In this document: positions 54,066 to 63,677 of the stretch, in pieces
How positions within the stretch are numbered: the stretch's first letter is position 1
Layout: the number at the start of each line of letters is the position of its first letter
Translations under genes and position numbers: made by a program
Notes under the pieces: generated by a model
What the model saw: the letters and a program-made list of their open reading frames with translations, nothing else
The model's database searches: none
What the model was told of the DNA's origin: nothing
NCBI GenBank assembly: GCA_964195515.1
Contig: CAXMQO010000041.1
Location: 4,368 to 68,367 of the forward strand
DNA: 64,000 nucleotides
Origin: an uncultured Saprospiraceae bacterium
Lineage (GTDB): Bacteria > Actinomycetota > Acidimicrobiia > Spongiisociales > UBA5794
Reading direction: 5' to 3'

Positions 54066-56516
54066 CTAGGAGGCGCCGTCCTCGAAGTCGTCTTCGAACG
54101 ACACAACGGTCCGACCGGGTTTGGCCTCGCCACCGCCGTCGCTTGCACGGTCGCTCCCGCGATCGTCTCGACGGCTGCGTCCACCGCGATCGCGTCCGCC
54201 ACGATCACGATTGCGGTCGCTATTGCCATCGCCGCGTCCCTCGCTGCGGTCGGAAGGACGGTCGTCGCCTTTCGGCTCCGAGCCTCCGTCGTCGGACGGT
54301 GCCGGGGCATTCGCGAGATCAAGACTGACCTTGCCACGATCGTCAATCTCACGGACCACGACATCGACCTTGTCGCCGAGGGCGAACACGTCCTCGACCT
54401 TGTCGATGCGCTTTCCGCCACCGATCTTCGAGATATGCAACAGACCGTCGCGTCCGGGCAGGATGTTGACGAATGCGCCGAACTTCGTGATGTTCACGAC
54501 CTCGCCCACATACGTCTCACCGACGTTCGCCTCCGGCGGGTAGCCGATGGCCAGGATCCGCTCCTTTGCGAGTTCGAGTGACATTGCATCAGGAGCGCCG
54601 ACGCGGATGGTTCCGTCGTCCTCGATCTCGATCTTGGCACCGGTCTCTTCTTCGAGCTCCCTGATCGTCTTGCCTTTCGGCCCGATGACCTCGCCGATCT
54701 TGTCCTTCGGAATGGTGACCGATTCGATCTTCGGTGCCGTCGGCGCAAGCTCATCGCGGGGTGCGGGGAGAACGTCGGTCATCTTGCCGAGGATGAACAG
54801 TCTGGCATCCCTCGCCTGGTTCATCGCATCGATGAGCACCTGAGCGGGGAGCGATTCGATCTTGGTGTCGAGCTGCATCGCCATGATCATGTCCTCGGTC
54901 CCTGCGACCTTGAAGTCCATGTCCCCGAGCGCATCCTCTGCACCGAGGATGTCGGTCAGCGTCACAAATTGGCCGTCGTGGTTGATGAGACCCATGGCGA
55001 TTCCAGCGACCGGGGCCGCGATCGGAACGCCGGCGTCCATCAGTGAGAGCGACGATCCGCAGACCGAAGCCATCGACGATGAACCGTTCGACATCAGAAC
55101 CTCGGAGACGAGCCGGAACGCATAGGGGAACTCCTCGTCATTCGGGATGACGGGCAGGAGCGCCTTCTCAGCGAGCGCACCATGGCCGATTTCGCGACGC
55201 TTCGGGCCGCGCATGAAGCCGGCTTCGCCGGTCGCGAACGGCGGCATGTTGTAGTGGTGCATGTACCGCTTCGAGTCTTCGATGGAGATCGTGTCGAGCA
55301 TTTGCTCCATCTTCAGCATGCCGAGCGTGGTGACGTTCAACACCTGGGTCTCGCCACGACGGAACAACCCGGACCCGTGGGCCTGGGGAATCACTCCGAC
55401 CTTGACGTCGATCTCACGAACGTCGGTGAGGCCGCGACCGTCGAGACGGACACCCTCGGCGACGACACGCGAGCGCATGACCTGCTTCTGGACGCTCCGG
55501 AACGCGTTCTTGGCGGCCTGCATGCCGTCAGCGTCGTCCTCTTCGAGTCCGAGCTCCGCCAAAGCAGCTTCCTTCGTCGCTGCCTCGGCTTCGAGCCGCT
55601 CCTTCTTGTCGGCGATCGTGCCGAGAGCTTCGAGCTTCGGCTTGGCGATCGCTTCGACGCGCCCATACATCTCGGCCGAGTAGGGCTCGTTGACGGGCCA
55701 CTCGACGGCATCGGCCGGACCGACCGCCTCGAGCAATTCGAGCTGCATGTCGATCAATGTCGCGACGTAGCCCTTCGCCTCTTCGAGGCCGCGGGCGACG
55801 GTTGCTTCGTCACTGGCTTGCTGGCCGTCCTTGACGAGTCGGTACCCGTTCTCGGTGGCCCCGGCTTCGACCATGGCGATGTCCACATCACCGGAGTCGT
55901 TGCGCTTCCCAGCGACGACGAGGTCGAAGACGGCGTCTTCGAGTTGTTCGTACGTCGGGAATGCAATCCATGCACCATCGATGAGGGCCAGTCGGACGGC
56001 GCCGATCGGTCCATCGAATGGAAGCGAGCTCAGCGTCAACGCACTTGATGCGCCGTTGAGCGCAGGTAGGTCGTAGGCGTTGATGAGGTCGGCCGACAGC
56101 ACGGTCGCAACGACGTGAGTGTCATTGCGGTAGCCGTCGGGGAAGTTGGGACGGAGTGGACGGTCGATGAGCCGGCACGTCAGGATGGCCTTCTCCGTTG
56201 CACGTCCTTCACGGCGGAAGAACGAGCCGGGGATCTTGCCGACGGCGTACATACGCTCTTCGACATCCACGGTCAGGGGGAAGAAGTCGGCGCCTTGGCG
56301 CAATCGCGTCGATGCGGTTGCGGTGACGAGGACTTCTGTTTCTCCGACGCGCACCGTAACGGCGCCGTCGGCAAGTTGGGCTAGTTCACCGGAGCGGAAT
56401 TCGACTTCCACGTCTCCGACGAGCCCACGAATGGCAGTCTCAGCCAATTGGATCTCTCCTTCGTTGATGCGGAGACCAATTGGCAGTGGGCGGGTCTCGA
56501 CGGAGCCGAGGCCCAT
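54066..56516 (-). CDS. pnp: polyribonucleotide nucleotidyltransferase (PNPase) with an Arg/Gly/Asp-rich C-terminal tail
   Basis: FFPLTVDVEERMYAVGKIPGSFFRREGR, two RNase PH domains, KH and S1. The exact start is uncertain. Confidence 0.95.
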   Translation of the reverse strand: MGLGSVETRPLPIGLRINEGEIQLAETAIRGLVGDVEVEFRSGELAQLADGAVTVRVGETEVLVTATASTRLRQGADFFPLTVDVEERMYAVGKIPGSFFRREGRATEKAILTCRLIDRPLRPNFPDGYRNDTHVVATVLSADLINAYDLPALNGASSALTLSSLPFDGPIGAVRLALIDGAWIAFPTYEQLEDAVFDLVVAGKRNDSGDVDIAMVEAGATENGYRLVKDGQQASDEATVARGLEEAKGYVATLIDMQLELLEAVGPADAVEWPVNEPYSAEMYGRVEAIAKPKLEALGTIADKKERLEAEAATKEAALAELGLEEDDADGMQAAKNAFRSVQKQVMRSRVVAEGVRLDGRGLTDVREIDVKVGVIPQAHGSGLFRRGETQVLNVTTLGMLKMEQMLDTISIEDSKRYMHHYNMPPFATGEAGFMRGPKRREIGHGALAEKALLPVIPNDEEFPYAFRLVSEVLMSNGSSSMASVCGSSLSLMDAGVPIAAPVAGIAMGLINHDGQFVTLTDILGAEDALGDMDFKVAGTEDMIMAMQLDTKIESLPAQVLIDAMNQARDARLFILGKMTDVLPAPRDELAPTAPKIESVTIPKDKIGEVIGPKGKTIRELEEETGAKIEIEDDGTIRVGAPDAMSLELAKERILAIGYPPEANVGETYVGEVVNITKFGAFVNILPGRDGLLHISKIGGGKRIDKVEDVFALGDKVDVVVREIDDRGKVSLDLANAPAPSDDGGSEPKGDDRPSDRSEGRGDGNSDRNRDRGGRDRGGRSRRDDRGSDRASDGGGEAKPGRTVVSFEDDFEDGAS

Positions 56517-56569
56517 CCACTGACAACTGGAACATCCGCGCTTACATGCGGGGGAACGCCGACTACATC

Positions 56570-56593
56570 GAAGGCGGCCCGAAAGCCGCCTTC
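56570..56593 (-). promoter_or_regulatory. stem-loop in the rpsO-pnp spacer (terminator/attenuator or pnp leader structure)
   Basis: GAAGGCGGC-N6-GCCGCCTTC (9-bp stem), 8 nt downstream of the rpsO stop. This is the position of the known pnp autoregulatory leader in other bacteria. Confidence 0.5.
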
Positions 56594-56600
56594 GCCTGCG

Positions 56601-56858
56601 CTATCGGCGCAATCCCAGTTTCGCGATGAGCGACCGGTAGCGCTCCACATCTTGATTGTGGAGGTACCGGAGGAGTCGCCTGCGCTTCCCGACCATCATC
56701 AACAACCCTCTACGGCTGTGGTTGTCCTTCTTGTGGACCTTCAGATGCTCGGTGAGATGGTTGATGCGTTCGGTGAGCAGCGCCACTTGGACTTCCGGCG
56801 AACCGGTGTCCGTAGCGTGCGTGCCGAAATCATCGACGACGGTTTGAGTGTCGTTCAC
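56601..56858 (-). CDS. rpsO: 30S ribosomal protein S15
   Basis: Part of ORF 56601..57353, trimmed to GTG 56858 (AAGGAAAG upstream). [36 protein letters not shown] is canonical S15. Confidence 0.95.
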   Translation of the reverse strand: MNDTQTVVDDFGTHATDTGSPEVQVALLTERINHLTEHLKVHKKDNHSRRGLLMMVGKRRRLLRYLHNQDVERYRSLIAKLGLRR

Positions 56859-56995
56859 GAGGATTCTTTCCTTCGCGACAGAGTACGCGGGCGATTGCCC
56901 GAAACGGGATGATAGCAACGCTGTGGCGTAACGAGCGAAGCCCGTCGAATCATGTGGGCGTGCCGGCCTGCGGTGCCTCCCGGGCCGATGGGCTG

Positions 56996-58069
56996 CTACC
57001 GAAGGAGCGGCCCGGTACCGGATCTCCCCCTTCCCCACAGGGCGCCGAGGCCTTGCGGCTCCGGCCAGTGACAGGAACCGACAACCTGAGCTTCCGAGGC
57101 GATGCAGTCGGCCACCGTGTCGTTGTGCAGCACCGAGTTGTGTGCCTCGCCCATACGCTGCCACATGCCGACCAGGTCGGGGAAACGCCCGAACATGCTT
57201 CCACCGCCGTCGTTCAGGTCGTAGATCCGCAGGTCGTCCGGGCGGCCCCAGAAGTTCGTGAATCCGGCATCCGTATTCCGGACGACGACTACCTCCACGC
57301 CCGAACGCTCTCCGAGCCCGTCCCTGATATCCCGGCAACCGGTCCGTCCGCATCGCACGGGGTCGAAGAGACCGTCATCCGCCGTGTCACCGTGGAGCCA
57401 GCCGATGCTCTGGAGCAGTCCGAGCGGGCCTGCGGCGATTGGCGGATCGAGAATCGCCGCGCCGACCACCGCGTCAACTCCGATCTCCGGACGGGCGTCC
57501 CAGCGACCGACCACCTCGGTGATCACCGCTCCTCCCTTGCTGTGCCCGACGAGATAGATCGCTCTCCCTTCAGAGCCGAGCGTCGCGAGGTACGCACCGA
57601 GGGCGTCTGCAGCGTCTCCGGTCGGTGCCCAGCGGGATGCCTCGACCGGGTCGCTCGATGCCCACGCCCACCGATAGTCGAAGACGCGCACGTCGCGCGG
57701 CTCGACACCGATCCGCCGGGCCAGATCGCCGAAGCCATCTGGATCACCCCCGTGTCCTGGAACGTACACGAAGAGGGGACCCGTGTCGCGGCGAGAGTCT
57801 CCACCGCGGCGACGGACGAGGACCGAGCCGGCAAGCACCACTCCGCCGAGGCCCGCACCGCCGATCGGCACGAACGGAGACCGTCCAGGAGCTCTTCCCG
57901 ACCGCGAGGTCGGAGACGGGGCCAGTCCGAGTCCGTCGCCGGGCGCGACGGATTCGCCGATCGCGCCGGCGGCGGTAGACACGGGCAACGCCCAGACAAC
58001 GGTGTGCGTTGGAACAACGGAGAGGAACGATGCGATAGCGAAACCGGCGGCAACGAGGACACCCGGCAC
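56996..58069 (-). CDS. membrane-anchored alpha/beta hydrolase (lipase/esterase-like)
   Basis: 357 aa with an N-terminal TM segment and the nucleophile elbow GHSKGG. Confidence 0.6.
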   Translation of the reverse strand: MPGVLVAAGFAIASFLSVVPTHTVVWALPVSTAAGAIGESVAPGDGLGLAPSPTSRSGRAPGRSPFVPIGGAGLGGVVLAGSVLVRRRGGDSRRDTGPLFVYVPGHGGDPDGFGDLARRIGVEPRDVRVFDYRWAWASSDPVEASRWAPTGDAADALGAYLATLGSEGRAIYLVGHSKGGAVITEVVGRWDARPEIGVDAVVGAAILDPPIAAGPLGLLQSIGWLHGDTADDGLFDPVRCGRTGCRDIRDGLGERSGVEVVVVRNTDAGFTNFWGRPDDLRIYDLNDGGGSMFGRFPDLVGMWQRMGEAHNSVLHNDTVADCIASEAQVVGSCHWPEPQGLGALWGRGRSGTGPLLR

Positions 58070-58132
58070 GATGGGATCCGATCCCGGGGAGTGCGGGCGA
58101 CGCCACCACGATGCACGGGCAGCGAGGGGCCG

Positions 58133-59065
58133 TCAAGAGGTGTGATTGACCAATGTCTCGGTGGCAGACGCGATGTCATCGTGGATCTGGGCAAGCAGAG
58201 CATCGACCGAATCGAATCGGATCTCGTCGCGGATCCGTGCGACGAATTTGATGCTGAGGTGCTTGCCGTAGAGATCTCGATCGAATTCGAGGACGTGGAC
58301 CTCGAGGACTTCATCATTCCCACCGAACGTGGGGCGGATTCCGAGATTGGCGACCGCCGGATGGTCGACGCCGTCGATGACCGCGATTGCGGCATACACG
58401 CCGTGACGAGGAACCGTAAGCATCGCAGGGAACGACAAGTTCGCCGTGGGGACCCCGATCTGTCTTCCACGTCCATCACCCGGAACGACGACTCCTTCGA
58501 GATCGTACGATCGTCCGAGCATCTTCGCCGCCCGCTCAACGTCCCCAACGCTCAGAGCCTCTCTGATCGTGGTTGACCGAATCTCCGTACCGTCGTCGCA
58601 CGCGATGTCGATCACCTCGACCCGGAATCCGTACCGCCGCCCAAGCTCGGCGAGTGTCTCGGTGCTCCCGGCGGCGCCTCGACCAAATCGGAATCCGACG
58701 CCAACAACGACGAATCGTGCGTTCAGACCTTCGACCAGGAACCGGCGAACGAAGTCCTCCGACGACATGATTCGCATCTCTTCGTTGAAGCCCAACACGG
58801 CAATCCGATCGATGCCGGTATCTTCGAAGAGATCGAAGCGACGCTTGAGTGTGCTCAGGCGCGAGGGGGCACCGTTCGGCGACAGCAGACTTGCGGGATG
58901 GGTGCCGAATGTCATCGCTACCCTGGTGAGATTCGTGTCGACGTCGTCGAGCGATTCGAGAACGCGTCGGTGCCCGAGGTGCACCCCGTCGAACACGCCG
59001 ATCGCGATCGCCGAGCCGTCCGACGGTGCATCCCACCCGGATGGGTCGCCCTGATAGATGATCAT
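58133..59065 (-). CDS. ribF: bifunctional riboflavin kinase / FMN adenylyltransferase
   Basis: Part of ORF 58133..59335, trimmed to ATG 59065 (ATGA overlap with the truB stop). Motifs GVFDGVHLGH and PTANL. Confidence 0.9.
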   Translation of the reverse strand: MIIYQGDPSGWDAPSDGSAIAIGVFDGVHLGHRRVLESLDDVDTNLTRVAMTFGTHPASLLSPNGAPSRLSTLKRRFDLFEDTGIDRIAVLGFNEEMRIMSSEDFVRRFLVEGLNARFVVVGVGFRFGRGAAGSTETLAELGRRYGFRVEVIDIACDDGTEIRSTTIREALSVGDVERAAKMLGRSYDLEGVVVPGDGRGRQIGVPTANLSFPAMLTVPRHGVYAAIAVIDGVDHPAVANLGIRPTFGGNDEVLEVHVLEFDRDLYGKHLSIKFVARIRDEIRFDSVDALLAQIHDDIASATETLVNHTS

Positions 59066-59970
59066 GCGGTGACGACTTCCGGCTTCACCAACGGCCCATC
59101 GATCCGGTAGACACCGAGCAGCACACCGTCGGCGAGCAGACGAACAAATCCTTGAATCGTTCCGTCGCCGCCGTCCAGGAGCATGGCCGTCGGCATGGCC
59201 ACACCGTTCCGGATCCCAGCGATGTAGGACGATTCGACCTCGATGCCGGGGATTTCGGAGAGCGCGGTAGCGGGATCGAGGACAAGGGACTCGACTGCTT
59301 CGTCGGCCGCGGCCTCCGCGATCTGGTCGACGCACACTGCATCGGCAACGCCCAGGGTCCCGTTTCGCACTCTCCGGAGTTTCGTCAGGTGGGCCCGGCC
59401 CCCGAGTGCTCTTGCGAGATCGTCGGCAAGCGTCCGTACGTAGGTGCCGGTACTGCAGACCACGTCGAACGAAACTTCCGGGTAGTCGGACGGTGCCAGA
59501 TCGGTGAAGACGAGAGAGTAGATCTCGACCTGGCGGGCTTCGCGCTCGACGACCTGACCGGCTCGCGCCAGTTCGTACAGGCGCTTCCCTTCGACCTTCC
59601 TCGCCGACACCATGGGAGGGATCTGAAGAATCGAGCCGCGGAACCGTTCGGCCACCGATTCCAACTCCGCTGTATCCACCGGAAGCGGGGAGCGGTCGAT
59701 GATGGCCCCATCTGCGTCGAGCGAGTCGGTGGCAACTCCGAACAGGGCTGTCGCCTGGTACTCCTTCTCGAATCCCTGAACGAAGCGCAGCAGCCGGGTG
59801 CTTCGACCGAGGCCGAGGACGAGGAGACCGGTGGCCATCGGGTCGAGTGTTCCGGCATGACCGACTTTCCCCCCGACGAGGCGACGCACGTTCGCGACGA
59901 CGTCATGACTGGTCCAACCCTGTTCCTTGTCGACGAGCAGGAACCCGTCTCCGATGCCGGGCCGCTTCAC
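59062..59970 (-). CDS. truB: tRNA pseudouridine(55) synthase
   Basis: 302 aa with the GHAGTLDPMATG catalytic Asp motif. Confidence 0.9.
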   Translation of the reverse strand: MKRPGIGDGFLLVDKEQGWTSHDVVANVRRLVGGKVGHAGTLDPMATGLLVLGLGRSTRLLRFVQGFEKEYQATALFGVATDSLDADGAIIDRSPLPVDTAELESVAERFRGSILQIPPMVSARKVEGKRLYELARAGQVVEREARQVEIYSLVFTDLAPSDYPEVSFDVVCSTGTYVRTLADDLARALGGRAHLTKLRRVRNGTLGVADAVCVDQIAEAAADEAVESLVLDPATALSEIPGIEVESSYIAGIRNGVAMPTAMLLDGGDGTIQGFVRLLADGVLLGVYRIDGPLVKPEVVTA

Positions 59971-60962
59971 GTCAGAAGCCCGACGATCCGGGTGATCGTG
60001 TCATCGACTCCCAGTTCGGAGGTGAATCCTGCAGCGTTTCGATGTCCTCCGCCCCCGAATGCGGATGCAATCGCGGCAACGTCGACGTCGCCGCGAGAGC
60101 GGAGGCTCCCCTTCAGGACCCCAGGCTTCGTCTCCTTCAGGAGACAGGCAACACCTGCTTCCTTGGCGAGACGGACCAAATCGATCAACGCGTCGGCGGC
60201 TTCCCAGGGGATCCCGGCCACTCGGAGGTCCTCGCGGAAGAGCGTCGTCCAGACGAGGCCTGCGCCCGCCTCGAGACGCGCCCGACCGAGGACCCGGGAC
60301 ACAACCGTGAAATAGCCGAACGGTGCTTCTTCATACAACTGCTGGCCGATCGGTGCCGGTTCAACCCCGGCAGCGAGGAGATCCGCAGCCATGCGGTGTA
60401 CCTCGGGACTTGTGGATGAGTACTGGAAGCGGCCGGTATCGGTGACAAGTCCGACATAGAGCGCCTCGGCTATCGGTCGAGTGATCTCCCAACCGAGACG
60501 TTGCAGCAACTCGAACACAAGCTGCGTCGTGGCTGCAGCATGAGGGTCGACGATGCGGACGTCTCCGATCGTCCCGGGCGTGACGTGGTGATCGATGACG
60601 AGGACTCGATCGGCTCCATGGATGGCGGGACCCACGGAGCCCACACGATCCAGGACTCCGGTGTCGCAGATGATTGCAAGATTCAGATCATCGGGGAATT
60701 CGGACGGCGGAACGAGCACGGTCTGATCGAGGAACCGGAACTCCTCCCCCAGCACAAAGGGTTCCCCGAACGACGCGACCGCTTCCTTCCCTGCGCTGCG
60801 TGCGGCGAGGGCCAGGGCAATCATGGAACCGAGTGCATCGCCGTCGGGTCGAACGTGGCCCACGATGCCGATCCGTTGTGCCCGACCGATCTCCTCGACC
60901 GCCTGTTGCCACACCAGCTCAGTCGGAGGCATCGGAATCCCCATTCGCCGTCTCGAATTCAT
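59967..60962 (-). CDS. nrnA: DHH-family bifunctional oligoribonuclease / pAp phosphatase NrnA
   Basis: DHH motifs (HVRPDGDALGS, DHH in VIDHHV) and DHHA1 GGGH. The start is uncertain (ATGs at 60962, 60944 and 60932). Confidence 0.8.
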   Translation of the reverse strand: MNSRRRMGIPMPPTELVWQQAVEEIGRAQRIGIVGHVRPDGDALGSMIALALAARSAGKEAVASFGEPFVLGEEFRFLDQTVLVPPSEFPDDLNLAIICDTGVLDRVGSVGPAIHGADRVLVIDHHVTPGTIGDVRIVDPHAAATTQLVFELLQRLGWEITRPIAEALYVGLVTDTGRFQYSSTSPEVHRMAADLLAAGVEPAPIGQQLYEEAPFGYFTVVSRVLGRARLEAGAGLVWTTLFREDLRVAGIPWEAADALIDLVRLAKEAGVACLLKETKPGVLKGSLRSRGDVDVAAIASAFGGGGHRNAAGFTSELGVDDTITRIVGLLT

Positions 60963-61293
60963 GCAGCAATCGATCGATCTTGATCCCCTCGCCGATAGAC
61001 GGGTCGACCCGGAACGTCAGCTTTGGCGTGTACTTCATGTGGACTTGACTGCCGACGACACCTTGGATGTGCGGAGCAGCCCTGGCGAGAGCTTCCCCGG
61101 TCGCCGCGACCTCCTCGTCGGAACCGAGCACCGAGTAGTACACGAACGCGTTCCGGAGGTCGGGGGACGCGTTGACCCCTGTGATCGTGAGGAACCCGAC
61201 ACCCGGGTCCTTGAGATCTCTGACTGCATCCGCGATGACTTCTTTGAGCAGTTCGTTGACCTTGCGCATCCGCGGGCTGTCGGGACGGCTCAT
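60919..61293 (-). CDS. rbfA: ribosome-binding factor A
   Basis: Part of ORF 60919..61704, trimmed to ATG 61293. The pattern RMRKVNELLKEVIADAV...ITGV..SPDLR.A.VY is typical of RbfA. Confidence 0.9.
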   Translation of the reverse strand: MSRPDSPRMRKVNELLKEVIADAVRDLKDPGVGFLTITGVNASPDLRNAFVYYSVLGSDEEVAATGEALARAAPHIQGVVGSQVHMKYTPKLTFRVDPSIGEGIKIDRLLHEFETANGDSDASD

Positions 61294-61586
61294 CGTTCCT
61301 CCTCCTCGAGATACGAGCGGGTGGCACCAAGAACTTCGATCTCGGCGCGACGGTCGAGATCGGTCTGAACAGCGGTCAGCATCCGGTCGATGTGGCCCGG
61401 CGAGCCGGATACCACAGCAACCCCGAGGTCGGCACGCTGCCAGAGATCCTGGTGATCGACCTCGGCGACGGCAACCGGGTATGCCCGCCCGATGTCGGAG
61501 ATGATGCCCTTCACCACCTTGCGCTTCTCCTTGAGCGACCGCACGTCTCGAATCCGCAGCTCGATTCGCTGAGCTCCGACGTGCAT
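61290..61586 (-). CDS. DUF503-family protein (YlxP-like)
   Basis: 98 aa. LRIRDVRSLKEKR is typical of DUF503. It occupies the usual position between infB and rbfA. Confidence 0.8.
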   Translation of the reverse strand: MHVGAQRIELRIRDVRSLKEKRKVVKGIISDIGRAYPVAVAEVDHQDLWQRADLGVAVVSGSPGHIDRMLTAVQTDLDRRAEIEVLGATRSYLEEEER

Positions 61587-61616
61587 CCTGAGCCTCCTCG
61601 ATCGGTGACGGCGAGA

Positions 61617-63677
61617 TCAGGTTCTGGCAATCTCCTTGACCACGTAGGACTCGATCGTGTCGCCGTCCTTCACGTCCCGGAAGTTCGCAATCCCGATACC
61701 GCACTCATAGCCGGTCTGGACCTGCTGAAGGTCTTCCTTGAACCGTCGCAGCGAAGAGATCCTCCCGTCGTGGACCACGACACCATCGCGCACGACACGG
61801 GCGCGGGCGTTGCGGTTGATGGATCCTTCCGTGACGTAGCAACCGGCGATCAACCCGAAACGCGGGGAACGGAAGGTCGCCCGGACCTCAGCAACACCGA
61901 GGAAGGTCTCGACCTCGTCCGGTGCGAGCTCGCCGACCATCATCGATTCGATGTCATCGAGGAGCTCATAGATGATCGCGAAGGTCCTGACTTCGATCCC
62001 GGCCACTTTCGCTGCGGCTCGCGCTGACGCGTCCGGCCGGGTGTTGAACCCGTAGATCACCGCTTCCGACGCCTCTGCCAACATGACATCTTTCGCTGTG
62101 ATGCCACCGACGGCGCCTTGGACGAAGGACACCGAAGCGTCCTCGCGGGCGATCTTCCCGACGGACTCTCGAATGGCTTCGAGCGATCCGTGGGCGTCGG
62201 CCTTCACGATGATCCGCAACTCGGCATGGTCGGCGGTTCGCAGAGTCTCGAGGAGCTGAGTGAGTCGTTCCGTGGCGCTCGGTACGGTCAACTCCTCCGA
62301 CCGCTTCCTGGCGACCTCTCCCTCTGCCATCTTGCGCGCCGTGCGCTCATCCTTGACAACCTGGAACATGTCACCGGCGAGCGGAATCTCTCCCCATCCG
62401 GATACGAGTACCGGTGTACTCGGACCGGCACTCTTCAATTGATTGCCTTGCTCATCGAACATAGCCCGCACACGCCCGGACACGGTGCCGCAGGCAACAG
62501 CGTCGCCCTTCTTCAGGGTTCCACGCTGCACGATTACCGTGGCCACCGGTCCCCGTCCGACTTCGAGTTGTGCTTCGATAACGGTCCCCACGGCAGAGGC
62601 TTTCGGGTTGGCGGTGAGTTCTTCCACCTCCGCGACGAGTGCAACAATTTCGAGCAGGTCCGCAACGCCGGTGCCATTCAGCGCCGACACTTCGACGGCC
62701 GGTACGTCACCGCCGAGATCCTCGACGACAATGCCGTGCTGCGTGAGCGCACCCCGCACGGCATACGGGTCTGCCGTCTCGAGATCCATCTTGTTGATGG
62801 CGACGACGATCGGAACATCCGCTGCCCTGGCGTGGTCGATGGCCTCGACCGTCTGAGGCATGACACCGTCGTTTGCGGCTACGACCAGGATGACAATGTC
62901 GGTGACGTTCGCCCCCCGTGCCCGAAGCGCCGTAAACGCCTCGTGACCGGGGGTGTCGATGAAGGTGATCGAGTTGCCCCCGCTTTTCGCCTGGTATGCA
63001 CCGATGTGCTGAGTGATACGACCGGCCTCACCTTCGACGACGTTTGCGCTCCGGATCGTGTCGAGCAGTTGGGTCTTCCCGTGATCGACGTGGCCCATGA
63101 CCGTGACGATGGCGGGTCGCGGCTTCATGCTCGCCGGATCGTCCTCGTACTCAACGATGTGATGTGTGGGCCCCAGATCTTCTTCGACCAATTCCTCGTC
63201 GCTCTCGGCTACGAGGAGGTCGTATCCAAACTTGCGGCCGAGTGCTTCGATCGCGTCGGTTGGAATCGTCCCGTCCGCCGGGACCATCTCCCCCATCTCC
63301 ATGAGTGCCTGGACGATGAGCACCGTCCGGGTCTGGGTCATACGCGCGAGTTCGTGCGTCGTGAGGCCCGCCTCGACGAGAAGCACCTTCTCCTCGCCCG
63401 ACTCAACCTCGGAATCTGTCCCAACCTCTTCTTCTGGTTCGGAGCCGGCATCTGGTAGCTGGTCGCTGGAAGCTTGCTCTTCCGGCTCAGGCTCAGGACT
63501 GGAGACTTCCTCCACCGCGCTCTTCTCATAGGACATTCGGATGAGCACGACCGAGTCTTCGTCCAGTCCGGACGAGGCGGTCTTCACCTCGACTCCGAGT
63601 TCCTGGGCTCGCTCCAGCACGTCCTTGGAATCCAAGCCAAGGTCCCGTGCGAGTTCGTAGACCCGTTGCTTCGCCAC
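61617..63677 (-). CDS. infB: translation initiation factor IF-2
   Basis: 686 aa with G-domain VTVMGHVDHGKTQLLD, DTPGHEAF and NKMD. GTG start. Confidence 0.95.
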   Translation of the reverse strand: MAKQRVYELARDLGLDSKDVLERAQELGVEVKTASSGLDEDSVVLIRMSYEKSAVEEVSSPEPEPEEQASSDQLPDAGSEPEEEVGTDSEVESGEEKVLLVEAGLTTHELARMTQTRTVLIVQALMEMGEMVPADGTIPTDAIEALGRKFGYDLLVAESDEELVEEDLGPTHHIVEYEDDPASMKPRPAIVTVMGHVDHGKTQLLDTIRSANVVEGEAGRITQHIGAYQAKSGGNSITFIDTPGHEAFTALRARGANVTDIVILVVAANDGVMPQTVEAIDHARAADVPIVVAINKMDLETADPYAVRGALTQHGIVVEDLGGDVPAVEVSALNGTGVADLLEIVALVAEVEELTANPKASAVGTVIEAQLEVGRGPVATVIVQRGTLKKGDAVACGTVSGRVRAMFDEQGNQLKSAGPSTPVLVSGWGEIPLAGDMFQVVKDERTARKMAEGEVARKRSEELTVPSATERLTQLLETLRTADHAELRIIVKADAHGSLEAIRESVGKIAREDASVSFVQGAVGGITAKDVMLAEASEAVIYGFNTRPDASARAAAKVAGIEVRTFAIIYELLDDIESMMVGELAPDEVETFLGVAEVRATFRSPRFGLIAGCYVTEGSINRNARARVVRDGVVVHDGRISSLRRFKEDLQQVQTGYECGIGIANFRDVKDGDTIESYVVKEIART

